A stretch of DNA of 63,431 bases, counting the filler, from Octopus bimaculoides (taxonomy: Eukaryota): assembly GCF_001194135.2 (NCBI RefSeq). It is 6 parts of 5 records of this genome, joined end to end, with 100 filler letters (N's around TTAATTAATTAA, not from the genome) between each part and the next. Parts side by side here need not be neighbours in the genome. Positions count along the whole stretch, not along the records: positions 1 to 26,273 come from NC_068986.1; 5 more parts are not named here. One strand, 5' to 3'. Position 1 is the first letter of the stretch; each line of letters starts with the position of its first letter. A program made the position numbers and the translations under genes. Of the stretch, positions 10,417-23,254 are shown piece by piece. Under the pieces are notes generated by a model, which worked only from the letters and a program-made list of their open reading frames with translations, searched no databases and was not told where the DNA came from.

Positions 10417-12945
10417 TACATACATACATCTCTTCGAAATGCCGGTGTTAAAACGGGGGTAGCTGATGAAGTAGAATGTTCTCTATGTGGCTTGTGTGTT
10501 TTCTCGTCTACGTTTTGTTTGCAATGTCCTGTACCCAGATATGCACCTATACATACAGGTGGATGTCGGTATGCACATGCCTGTACATATATATGCATAT
10601 ACTCATTTACTATTTGTTTTTACATATATATGTATATATACATACACACACACACATATGTACGTATGTATAATTATATATATACATATATATGTATATA
10701 TGCATACACACATATGTATGAATGTATGTATGTATGTATTTATGTAAATGGGTAACGGAAAACATTCTAATAGTATGGGTCGAGATAGAAATACAATGTA
10801 ATATACGTATGAACGTTTTCTATATCCAGTTTAGCTATGTTTACATCATATGTTTAAATTTGTGGGACGCTGGCTCTGTGTGTATACTAACAAAGCCATT
10901 AAAGACCCTGCTAATTTATTCAGAGCTATATGCAATTATATGGTCATTTAAACATTTAATATCTAATAAAATAGAATATTATTTTGAAATAAATTGTATA
11001 AACTGCAGTTATGTAGGGTGTGTATAGTATGTAAAATATTAGGTTCATAGAACCATGCTCCGGATATGGTGTTGTTTTATGATCATGTAGTTTTATGAGG
11101 TTTTTTTAAGATAAATATAAGTGTAGAATATATAATTTAGTGATACAAAAATAAAATAATATCCAGAAAAATGTATTATTTTAAAAACATGGTTTAAACT
11201 ATAGGAAGTGAATGTGGTAATGGATTTTAGTGTAATTATATCTATATTTGTATTAATGTTTCCTTGGGGAAAAAATAAACATTAATATTATAGGTGGTAA
11301 TTAGGAGAATCGATATAGAGAAGCTGAAAGGATGTTAATAGAAGCCTAAAATTGTATTTGTAAGTATAATGTAAAAATGTAAGTCAGGAGCTAATATAAT
11401 TATAAAGTTATAATTTAAAGATAACTTATCTAAAAGTTAATGTCGATGTCATTTAGTATTAAGTGTAATCTAATTTTATTAAGATGGCCACATCTTATGT
11501 ATGTACATAATTGGCAACAGAGAGCTTTGAAATTCGTGAAAATAGCACTACTTAAATGTTTTTCTGAATGTATTTCCTTCTACCAACATGGAACATTTAA
11601 AACTTCCCAACATTTAAAACTTGTAATCTTCTCTATCATAAATATTTAACACACCACTGCAACATCGACTACACACTAATACCAAGTAATGATTTTTTTA
11701 TAGTATGGGCATTTTACTCTACTTCACTCAATAGAACAAACTGCCGCACTTGATATTTTATGCAATCATTTGTCATTGTATTAACTGAGATGACTTTCAG
11801 CTCTTTTCCTACCGAACCATTACTCTGCTCAATCCTTCTGTAAAATTTATTACCTACTTCATAACACTGTCACGCGGGGTTAATATTATTCTCTCATATC
11901 TCATGCTTTCGATTATTCCTAAGAAACGACAAACCAACCTACACTCATTAGTTATTACATCAAAATCACATTTAAATATTTAAATTTTGATTACCCTTAA
12001 TATTCCACCAACCAGTCCTCGTCCATTTTACAATAGTTTGCAAATGATAATAAATTTAGATTTCTCTCTACACTCTGCATCAGACGTCTACTACAATTCT
12101 TCGTTGTCTTCCTTCCATTCACACTCTTTCCTCCAGCGTTTAAATCTGACCACGTTTCAACCATTTACGAACTGCCTTCTTATTCAATGTGTCGAAGGAA
12201 CTGTAATTACAATAAACCTAATAACTTTTATAAATACATATCAAATACAAACACAACCATCCCAAATATTACATTGTAGCCAGTTATATCTTACACACAC
12301 ATTATCCTGTCCTTGACCCTACACCTCATCCTATTTTCAGACCTAGTGCATCTTGGACTACCTCATGCAATGTATTCTTCCTCTTCATAAGACATTAAAT
12401 TGTACATTGAGGGTGACTCAGTTATTTCTAAATTTGAAACTATATTATTGTTGTTAATATTATTCTTGTTGTTGTTAATGTTGTTATTCTTCTTGTTGTT
12501 AATGTTGTTATTCCTGTTGTTAATGTTATTGTTCTTCTTGTTTTTGTTCTTGTTGTTGCTCTGATGTTATTGCTCGTCTTCAAATAATCTCCCCAGATTT
12601 AACGAAGATTTCGTGACGTTGATAAACGAGAACGAGGTGAAGTCAACCTCACCTTAAACCCAAAGTATTGATTTCGAGGTTCGAGATTTTTTTCTGTTCT
12701 ATTCTTTTCTCTTTTTTCCCGTGTTCATTTTCCTTCTGTTTCTTTTGTTCTTCTCTTCTTTTTTACTTTTCTTTTTTTTTTAACGCAATCATCTTTTCTT
12801 TCCTTCTATCCATACTGAAATGTGTTTCTGTATTCAAGTAGACTTTCTCCTCATTTCTCTCTTTTTGTTTTATTCACCTTTCCATCTCCTAACCTCTTTC
12901 TTCCGTCTCTCCCTCTCTTTTTTCTCTCTGTCCTTCACGCTTTTG

Positions 12946-12978
<33 letters not shown>

Positions 12979-13391
12979 AAACACTTTATATTTTTTCAGT
13001 CTTCCTCTCTTTTCCCCTCTTTTTCGCTCTCTCTGGTTCTCAATCTCCATTGTTCTCATTTTCTTTATGCATGTGTATAGCATTTATATATATATATATA
13101 TATANNNNNNNNNNNNNNNNNNNNNNNNNNNNNNNNNNNNNNNNNNNNNNNNNNNNNNNNNNNNNNNNNNNNNNNNNNNNNNNNNNNNNNNNNNNNNNNN
13201 NNNNNNNNNNNNNNNNNNNNNNNNNNNNNNNNNNNNNNNNNNNNNNNNNNNNNNNNNNNNNNNNNNNNNNNNNNNNNNNNNNNNNNNNNNNNNNNNNNNN
13301 NNNNNNNNNNNNNNNNNNNNNNNNNNNNNNNNNNNNNNNNNNNNNNNNNNNNNNNNNNNNNNNNNNNNNNNNNNNNNNNNNNNNNNNNNNN

Positions 13392-13456
<65 letters not shown>

Positions 13457-14814
13457 ATATACTTTTCCGCATTTCTTGTTCTCTTGGTTGAATCTAAGAG
13501 CTCTGTCTGTGATCCTTGCACTTCCGCTGAGACTGGTAAGATTGATAATGTTAACGTTTCCTTTAAACTCTCACATGTCAACGGCTGTAGAAAAGAAAAA
13601 ACTAAATCAACGTAGGCCTGGAAGGAATTATAGAGGAATGACATCTTGGACAGAAAGGATATTACATAGTAGCCAATGCGAAGCCTGGAGGTATAGACTC
13701 AATATCTGTGTGAGACGAGAGAAGGAAAGACAAATGACACAGAAATACCTGGATAGAGGTAGCACACAACTAGTAAACTCTATGCAGCAGAAGCCGCTAT
13801 GCTAGAGACTGAAGTCGCTGGAAACGAAATCAGGACGTTTGTGTGACAGAGTTTTGAGTATTTTTGTGGGTTCAAGCCAATCAGTTATGTGAGTTTTTTT
13901 TTTCTGGATGCAGTTTAAGATGTCCGTGTGTATTGCAACAGCACTGTCACAAATATAGAAGCAGTTTTTCAGTGTGAGTTTCACCTAAGCTTTATAGGAA
14001 GTCAGTAATCGTCGGAAGTTAAAATGTTTTTTGGAGGGAGGGGATGCTGTAGAGAAAGACCAGTCTTTTGAGATAGAATATTTGCCATTTTAAGGATATG
14101 GTTTAGCTAGGAAAGATCTTCAGTGATAGTGAGGATTGGCATTTGAGGCAATGTGCAGTGGTTGTGATATTTTGCTGTTGAACGGGAAAAGATTGACATT
14201 ACTCAAATGATGAATGTTTTCAAGGTCTCTCGGATTTCTTTCTGATGGCCAAATGCGATACCTGTCAGTGCTCTAAGTATGCTTATGCTAATAATATACT
14301 GGGTTTTTATTTTTTCCTTTTTTTACAGCTTTTATACGCCGTTTGTGCACTATGCCTTCCATATGCACTGTACGAATTTTGAAGAGTAACTCCAAGCATA
14401 TTTTAACTTTTGTGTATGTAGTATATTTCTGTTGCCGCCGTGCGTAAGTTAATAATAGATTTTATATGGTTAATTGTAAATAGTGTTACGAATGTTGCAG
14501 ACAATTGTAGACGTGTTGTATGTAATACGTAATAATTTTCTGTATGAAGCATATATATGTTGTCGTGTGTAATGATTAGCTGCAATTAGTATTCATTGGT
14601 GTGGCTGCTATTGAGATAAATGGTCGATTTGGCATGTATTAACATAGTTTATCGTTTTGAAACCAGATTTCGAAATTGTTGTTGAGAGGTTGGACTGCTG
14701 TGTTTGAGGAGAAATGGAAATATGGGATTGTGATATTACTACGTATGAGGATGTGTATATGTAGTGGAGAGGTGGGACAAAATTATGTACGTTCAGGTTT
14801 TAAAAAGTGTTGTG

Positions 14815-14997
14815 CGCATGTGTAGCTAGCTGTGCGGTAAACAGTTTGTTTCCTAACCACATGATTCCGGGTTCGGTCCTACTGTGTAACGCCTTGTGGA
14901 GGTGCCTTCTCTATAGCATCGGGCCGACGAAAACCTTGTGAGTAGATTGGTAGAAGACAATATACCCCTGACCACTGAATCATTTCTCTTAGGTCAA

Positions 14998-15000
<3 letters not shown>
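14815..15000 (+). mobile_element. 5' half of SINE family 1
   Basis: GCTGTGCGGTAAACAG...GGTTCGGTCCTACTG...TCTACTATAGC-like...GATTGGTAGA. Confidence 0.7.
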
Positions 15001-15029
<29 letters not shown>

Positions 15030-15999
15030 ATGGCTGTCCTCTCGTGACTGAGGAAATCCGTCACTGACCATTACTAATGCAAAATACCAGCAATGCCCGT
15101 GCTTGAGGTTCCTACACCACCAGTCGGCTTCACATGGATTCGCGTCTGTGGCTTTCATGCTCGCCGTGATGCCCTCCTACTCGACTGGACATCGGATTTG
15201 TTGCTTCCCTACTGATTACACATCCTCAAATTTTAGGTCCAATAAGGCTTGCACAGCACCTCACAGACACTCTCCGCTCTACTGACATAATCCAGAGACA
15301 AGCCAGGGCAATATATTCAATGTCAATATGGATCACAGGCTTCGAAATGTGGGAGTGCCATGATCTCAAACACAAGCAAAAGATCCCCAAAATATTCAAT
15401 GCCATTCCCTGCATATCTGGTTTTATATCAGAGTAACGTTCTCCTAGAGACATACTTTAATAAAAGCTAAGGGGTGCCTTACTTCCAGTGGTCTTCCAGC
15501 ATGCTGGATACCAACCCAAAATGTGTGTGTGTGAAAAAGGAGTTGGTTTCTAACAAAGCTACAAAGCTCCATCTTTGAATTGTAGATAATGAAATCAATG
15601 TCACATCTTAAACCTGAGAAAAGTCTTGCATTGTTTTACTGTTTCACTAACAGATTGTAATTGTAATGTGCGAATCAGTTGACTGATTTCTTTTTATGAA
15701 AATCCAAACTTATCTAGACTGACAGTTAGGTATTTACTTACAAATCCAAGTACTCCAATTATTAATGGTGAAAATGTAAATTTGTAATCCGGATATAGAA
15801 GCTGTATGTATGTATGTATGTATGTATGTATGTATGTATGAATGAATGAATGAATGAATGAATGAATGGTGAGGTTACAATGTTTGTTCTCTGAAATCCA
15901 ACCACTTTAGAGATGATTAAATCCACCAAATCATTATTTTCGGTTTAAACAAGCTCCAAATGCGGAGAGGAATTCTTTTTAGTTTCTGGTGTTCATAGG

Positions 16000-16456
16000 C
16001 ACCGCTGGATTAACCGTTAAGCAAAATAAGCACTACTTAGGACATCAAGTGACGGGGGCACCACAGAAACGAAAATGGTTTACGGCACAAAAGAAATCAC
16101 TTTAAACTTGCTGAAACAATATTCGTAATGCCTTATTTCTACAAAGTACAGAAGCAGGACTTTTTACATAAAATTAATTTTAACGATATCATCGAAGACT
16201 TTGTAATTAAAAAAGAAAAAAAAATGAAGGAGAAAACTTTTCAAATACAAATAAAGTGGAAGTATACAAAAATAGGCATTATTTTGCATCTGACTGTGAA
16301 TTTCGTTTCATTTTGAAAAATATAAATTTACTTTATGGTTTATTATTGTTTACATTTTGAATTATTTTTGTTTGCATTTTGGACCATTTACATATACCTG
16401 AGGGCACCAAAACCGTCTAAGTGTTTAGGGCCTCAATGGGTCTTAATCCGGCCCTG
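16000..16456 (+). mobile_element. Internally deleted hAT transposon
   Basis: TIRs CACCGCTGGATTAA / CAGGGCCGGATTAA and an 8-bp TSD TTCATAGG (15992-15999) / TTTATAGG (16457-16464). Internal KINFNDIIEDFVIKK resembles the end of the hAT dimerization domain. Confidence 0.8.
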
Positions 16457-17026
16457 TTTATAGGTATGTCAACATTATCTGAAAGTGTTAAAAGATCATT
16501 TATTGCTTAAAATAGCGATGACTACAAAAGGTCAGTAATTGCATTTTAACAATACAGTTTGATACCATCGAAGTTATCACTTGCATTCAGAACTGGCTGT
16601 TGTGGAACGCGATGGACATATTCATCGCTTAATGTGATTTTAATAAACCTCCGGGTATATCTACTTTTATTGCAACGAATTTTCCTAATGTTTATTCATG
16701 TCGTGTGCTTGTCTTATATGTGTCAAATTATAAACTTATGCATGTATGCTTGTGTGTGTGTATTCACATATAAATGTGTGTTGGGGTGGAGAGAAGCGCC
16801 CGTGTACCCTTATATAGAACTATCCGCGCGTGTGTCTTATATGTGTATATGTGTATGAAAAATTTCTCTATAAATTCAAAATTACCCCTCAAAACAATCA
16901 CCATAAGAATCGGATGAGCACAGGCCTAACCGAAGGTTTGAAAAATCTTCTTCATATCTTCCTGTCTTCCCGTATCAAGAACTATATATATATATATATA
17001 TATATATCCTTGTTTCTTTCCGTGTT

Positions 17027-17150
17027 CCTTTCTGTAGAAGAGCCTACGCTCGAAAAGTTAAAGACTTTCTCAATTCCCGAGAGTTATACTAATACATCAA
17101 TTTGTTTTCAACACCACCTGTTTTCGTCTGGGGTCTTTTTTGTGAATTCT

Positions 17151-17152
<2 letters not shown>
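17027..17152 (+). mobile_element. Short repeat (family C) with a hammerhead-like motif at 17027-17064
   Basis: CCTTT-CTGTAGA-A-GAGC-CTAC-GCTC-GAAAA-GTT-AAAGA. Related reverse-complement copies lie at about 27410-27496 and 34145-34242. Confidence 0.55.
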
Positions 17153-17209
<57 letters not shown>

Positions 17210-17261
17210 AAGAAGGGCGAATATATGTGAACGAGTGAATGTGTGTGTATGAACATATGAA

Positions 17262-17556
17262 TAGTACAAGTAGAAAGATATATTTTTCAACGCGTAAATA
17301 CTGATAGAACAGAATACATGGGATATTATCCCTGACAGAGCAGAAAAATCTGTCAGCAACGGATGACTTTATAAGTTCTAAATTGCAGAAGAATTTGTCA
17401 GTAAAAGCAGTTTAGCTTAATGGTAGAGCACTTGACCGGAAATCAAAGGGATGTGAATTAGTTTCTCATGGCTAGTTGCTGTAAGGGATAATACCCCATG
17501 TATACTGTTCTATCAGTATTTACGCGTTGAAAAAATATATCTTTCTATTTGTACTA
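17262..17556. repeat. About 77-bp inverted repeats (17262-17338 / 17479-17556) enclosing a degenerate tRNA-like sequence (17407-17478)
   Basis: The arms are near-perfect reverse complements. The core TAGCTTAATGGTAGAGCACTTGACCGGAAATCAAAGG resembles tRNA D and anticodon arms, and the B box is decayed. Confidence 0.8.
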
Positions 17557-18488
17557 CAATACATTGCAACGCTTTAAAAACAAACTTAGGTTTGTTTACA
17601 TATGACGGAACATATGAATATTTAGGAGTGGAGTGTGATTTCTAATTCCTAAACCATTCTAAGTAATTTTAATTTATTAGCTTTATTTAAAGGCTTATTC
17701 TTTCTATGTATTCACACCGAGCTATTTTACAAACGTGGTAAGTGCGATAGCAGGCCAATTGTTAATCAATTTGAGGTAGTAAGCAACTCTGGATGAAGAA
17801 AGCTATATGATACTGGACTGTTTTGCTCAAACGACGTGCTGACTTTAGGGGAGACATTGAATATTAAGAGATAGGAAAAATGCAGAATGAAAGGTAATTT
17901 AAATTATGTTTTATTAAATTCAAATTACGATAAACGTAAACAAACAAACGAAGTTTGCTTTTAGAAGCGTTGAGATGTCTTAGAAAGTTAAAGAAGTGAT
18001 TTTAAATTCTCAAACGCAGGATAATGCTAATAATATAGCCTGAACAGGATAAATTACCCCTATTTTGCAGAAAAAGTGTGGGCGGCCAGCCCATCTTGTT
18101 ATTTGCTTATTTACCTTTTATTTATTTATTTTTCTATAACCACTCATTTTCTTGACCGGGTGAATTGAAATGTGGTTTATGATTTTATGGTATTTGTTTC
18201 TTGTTTGTATTTTTATTTTCTTGTTTGTTTTAAGCAAACGCTTTGTGTTCATACCTGAAGCGTCTACACTTACCAATGTTACTGAAAGAATACTGTATGA
18301 TGAATTGTTTAATATATTATATATCATTTCGGCAACGATCTACTGGTAAAGTGGAGATGAAACAATTGTAGTGTTATGCAATAAAGAATATTTGCTCAAT
18401 CCAATCTCTTTTGTTTATGTGCGTGTGTGTGTGTGTGTGTGTGTGTACAGCGAGAGAAAGACAGACAGACAAACAGATAAACAGACAG

Positions 18489-18545
<57 letters not shown>

Positions 18546-18627
18546 CTTCTTTTCCACGTGTTTTCCATATGTATCACTTATTCTTATATTTTTCTTATTT
18601 TTCAGTGTGATATGAAGTCGCCCCGTG

Positions 18628-19299
18628 ATGACAGTGTTATCTCTTGTGCTGTATGTTCTGGCAGTTGTTGCCGGTTTAATCCTGTTCGGACTTTATCGTC
18701 AAAGGTCGGAAAGCGCTAAAGAAGAACTGGTTTCTGACGACGCTGTTTACACCCGCTACAAAGTAAAACCTTCCATATTTTCGGTACTCGGCATCCAGTA
18801 CTATGGCAACAGTAACTATTTCTGTTCGTTTGACGACCATTTCGAGTCTTTCGACGCCGTCAGCAAGGCCTGCAGACGAGCTGGTCTGGAACGTTGTCAG
18901 TTGATAGTGGGAGTGGACTTTACGGCTAGCAACGAGTGGCAAGGTCGCAAGACGTTCAACGGCCAGTGCCTACATAAAATTTGGCCAGGCAAGGTTTTGA
19001 ACCCTTACCAAAAGGTCATATCGATTTTGGGACAGACCCTGGAGCCGTTCGACGAAGACAAACTGATTCCTGCCTTCGGTTTTGGCGATTCGAAAACAAT
19101 GAACCAGGATGTTTTCTACCTGAACCCATCGGAGAATCCATGCTATGGTTTCCACGAAGTGCTGGAGCGGTATAACGAAGCGGTTCGAAATATCACTCTA
19201 AGTGGCCCCACCACTTTCTGCCCCATCATTGAAAAAGCTATCGAGATTGTTAAAGAGAAAAATACCTACCACATCCTTGTGATTATTGCTGATGGCCAG
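18628..19299 (+). CDS. Copine-family (RGLG/CPNA-like) vWA-domain protein, coding exon 1, with N-terminal transmembrane segment
   Basis: Motifs LIVGVDFTASNEWQG, NPYQKVISILGQTLEPFDED, IPAFGFGD, LSGPTTF and YHILVIIADGQ. Acceptor TTTTTCAG at 18605 precedes the ATG, and donor CAG|GTAAGC is at 19300. Confidence 0.93.
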
Positions 19300-19393
19300 G
19301 TAAGCACTCGACACCCTTCGGTATTGCTCTACCTTGTGCTTGTCGTTATTGATGTAACCGTTTGTACTTTTTCTTGTTCCTTTTGAGTACATG

Positions 19394-19433
<40 letters not shown>

Positions 19434-20731
19434 GTGTGTTCTCAGAGGGATCAGAAGCCAATTACAAAGATAACTGTTGTGTCGACGCCCCCAAGCGAAG
19501 AAGTAGGCTCGACCAAGACATATAAATAGAGGTAGTCTGACCGTGCTAGGAGTGGACTGACGGTTGAGTAGCTGCCGTGTAGCGGTTGAATAGAGATCAT
19601 CCGAAGGTGCTAGATAGCAGTAGCTTGAGACATAACAATAACATATCACAGAAGAGTCAAATAGCTACGTAATCGTGATAATGTAGTTCCTGATCACATA
19701 CTCGCACACACAATTCAGAAAGTCATTCCCTGAGTGTGTTTTCTTCACTGCGTAATTAATTATATACAATGTTCCTTGCATTAAACTTGAGAATATTAAC
19801 TAATATACTCTTTTCCATAAGGAAAACTTCATATTTAATCTCGAAACGATTATATTTTCCTACACTAACATAAGCAATCCTGCTTATTTATTTGGTGATT
19901 CATCCACCTGTACTTCAACAAGTACAGTAAAAATCTGTTCTTCGCTGGTTAGGTTAGAATAAAATACAAACATTTTCGGGGTCTGCTCTTTTGAATACGG
20001 TAAAGCCAAAAAATATTAATCATTCACGGACAAATTTCTAGCTAGTTTCTTTCTTTTCTTTTTCTTTCTTTTTTTTTTTGTACTAAATATGTTAAATATG
20101 TAAATGCTAACGTTAGTTACTATATTGGGGAGTATGCATGGAACAGCTTCGTCTTTCTTTATATGTTTAGTAATTGTGACTGTACGATATCATGGAAACA
20201 TTTTGGCGCGAGGTAGCTAGATTACTTGAGTATTGCAGACTCGTAAACCACTTCTAGGTAAAAACTAGAGTAAGGAGGAAGTATCATGAATGCTACAAAT
20301 AGCAATAAAATAACTGATGAAAGATTTAAATGCGAAACAATGGTAATAAATTATCTGACGGTAATAAAATGCAGTAACTGAAATGACAATAGAGGAGCTA
20401 ATAAAATGAAATAAAATGTCATGGTAATAAAAGTATCAATAAAAATATTAAAGTTAAGGAAATTGCCAACATTGAACAGAATACTTGTTAACCCTGTGGT
20501 TAAAGAAATCTAGATCATATTCTGTACGAAAAGAACTGAAAGAGAATTTATTCTAGTGTTCAGCTGTTCTGGGTGGGGAGTCTCTATATGGAACTAGCCA
20601 TTATCCAGGAAGCTCGGATGCAAGCCAGTTTCGAAACTATGTATAACTCATAATGTAAATATTATGTATGATATATACAATATAGTGTTTAATTAACAGC
20701 TATTATTTTTATTATTATTATCATATTATTA

Positions 20732-22616
20732 TCACTACCAGTGAACTAAGGTAACACCTCTTATTTTCCGAGCACCTTCCGGAGCATTTGAACTGTTCCA
20801 AGCAGTGTTGTTTTCTGCAAGTGCTCCACCCTTATTGCAGCCCCTATTTGTTCCATGTACTTCTCAGGATTTTTACTCACTGTTCCTAGGGCTCCGACAA
20901 TTATTGGTACTACTACCACCTTTTTCATCGACCACAACTGCTTAACCTCCCAAGCTAACCTGTCATATCTATCGACATTTCTTTCTTCCTTATCGCATAC
21001 CTTGTTGTCACCTGGGCATGCTATATCTATGATCCAGCATAGTTTGCTTTCTTTTTCGATTAAGACTATGTCTGACTTCCTATTCTCTATATCATGGTCG
21101 CACTGAATCATAAAATCCCGCAGGATCTTTGCATTATCATTTTCGATGATGCCTTCGGGTTTGTGGTCGGACCAATTTTTTCCTCCGTCAAGTCCGTACT
21201 TATTGCAAAGTGTCCAATGGACAAGTCTTGTTATATTGTCGTCGCATCTCTCATATTCCTTCTGGGCTAGTGGCGTATATTGGCTGGTAATATGCCATAC
21301 GGTTTCACCATTTTGTCCACATATTCTGCACTTATCACTTTCTGATGTGTTGTCTATTCTGTATTTTATGTAGTTTGTTCTTAATGCTTGTTCTTGAGCA
21401 GCACAGATTAGAGCCTCCGTTTCTGGTTTTAAATCACTTTTAGTCATCCACAGCCATCTTTTTTCTCTGTCTTATCTTCAGCATCCCTATGAAATTGTCC
21501 ATGCATTTTTTTCTTTACTCACCTATTTTCAGTTTCATTCGTTTTCAATTGCTTGTACAGTGCAATCTTTCATCCTACACAGGTCTGACGTTCTTACTTC
21601 TAATAGTAGGGGTTCTGTGGCATTTTTACATACCACGCTATGTTGTTTTCTTCTGCTCTAATGCTGTGTTCACATCCAATAAGTCTTCTTCCTCCTCTTT
21701 TTCTTGGTACATACAGTCTGTCTGTGTCACTTTTGGCGTGGATTTTCCCATATCTAGTCAGTAATTTCCTTGTCTTTCTGTCTAAGCTGTTTAGTTCGTC
21801 TACTGTCAATGCGATAACCCTTGCTCCATATCTAAGGAGTGAAACCACCCAGGTGTTGATAGCTTCAGTCATATTCCATCCCGTTTAATTTCAACTTAAG
21901 GATCAGTCTGTCTGCGCAAGTACTCCACCTTAAATTTTTCTGTCATTTCTTTTTCCATCAATTTCTCCATTTCCAAAATCCCCAAGTACTTATGGCCCGT
22001 CTCTTCATAACCTCCCCCAATGATATCAATAGCCCGTCCATACATTTGATTTTGCCTCTCTTCAAGACTAACACACCACACTTTCTCAGTCCGAACTCCA
22101 CTCTAATATCAGCACTGAAGGTATACACCGTATCAACGAGGGAACAGACTTGAGCATCATCTTTACTATAAAGTTTGAGGTCATCCATGAATAACAAATG
22201 GTTGACCTTTTGTTGGCGGCTTTTAAATACATACGTAGCTTTTGCTTTCCTCAGAATCAGTGTTAGTGGTATCAAGTACATTTCAAAGATCAGTGGGGAC
22301 AGGCAGTCTCCATAGAAGATGCTTCTCCTAATTTCTACTGTCCCTAAATTTCTTCCGTACGCTGTCAGGTCCGTCCTCCACTTCGCCATACTTTTTCCAA
22401 GCAATCGCTCAAATTTCGATGCAATACCAAATAGGTTCATACATTCCATTATCCAAAAGTGTGGGATCATATCGTACACCTTACGATAATCGATCCATGA
22501 CATGGCTAAGTTACTTATCCTCCTCTTGCAGTCCCTAAGTACAGTTTTGTCTATCAGGAGTTGATCCTTGGTACCTCTGCACTTACGCTTGCAACCCTCC
22601 TGCTTATGTGGCAGGA

Positions 22617-22617
<1 letters not shown>
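20732..22617 (-). mobile_element. 5'-truncated R4/Dong-clade non-LTR retrotransposon (RT + CCHC + restriction-like endonuclease), antisense in the copine intron
   Basis: RT motifs [18 protein letters not shown] and LLFMDDLKL; CRICGQNGETVWHITSQ; RKSDIVL...IIDIACP...VPIIVGALG. Frameshifted. (TAA/ATT)n repeats lie on both sides. Confidence 0.9.

Positions 22618-22708
<91 letters not shown>
22618..22708. repeat. (ATT)n microsatellite at the 5' junction of the R4/Dong element
   Basis: Direct inspection. Confidence 0.95.
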
Positions 22709-23132
22709 NNNNNNNNNNNNNNNNNNNNNNNNNNNNNNNNNNNNNNNNNNNNNNNNNNNNNNNNNNNNNNNNNNNNNNNNNNNNNNNNNNNNNNNNNNNN
22801 NNNNNNNNNNNNNNNNNNNNNNNNNNNNNNNNNNNNNNNNNNNNNNNNNNNNNNNNNNNNNNNNNNNNNNNNNNNNNNNNNNNNNNNNNNNNNNNNNNNN
22901 NNNNNNNNNNNNNNNNNNNNNNNNNNNNNNNNNNNNNNNNNNNNNNNNNNNNNNNNNNNNNNNNNNNNNNNNNNNNNNNNNNNNNNNNNNNNNNNNNNNN
23001 NNNNNNNNNNNNNNNNNNNNNNNNNNNNNNNNNNNNNNNNNNNNNNNNNNNNNNNNNNNNNNNNNNNNNNNNNNNNNNNNNNNNNNNNNNNNNNNNNNNN
23101 NNNNNNNNNNNNNNNNNNNNNNNNNNNNNNNN

Positions 23133-23217
<85 letters not shown>

Positions 23218-23254
23218 TTTGTATAATAATATATATTCTATTTTCTTTTGCCAG

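Noticed and set aside
10780-14800. AT-rich blocks at about 10.8-12.4 kb and 13.5-14.8 kb that look like very old retroelement remains
   Set aside because: No unambiguous protein motif could be read by eye; a profile search is needed.
19300-19386. C-terminal extension VSTRHPSVLLYLVLVV... of the 18625-19386 ORF as a second TM segment
   Set aside because: Intron read-through past a strong GTAAGC donor. The vWA domain continues in frame in exon 23255-23584.
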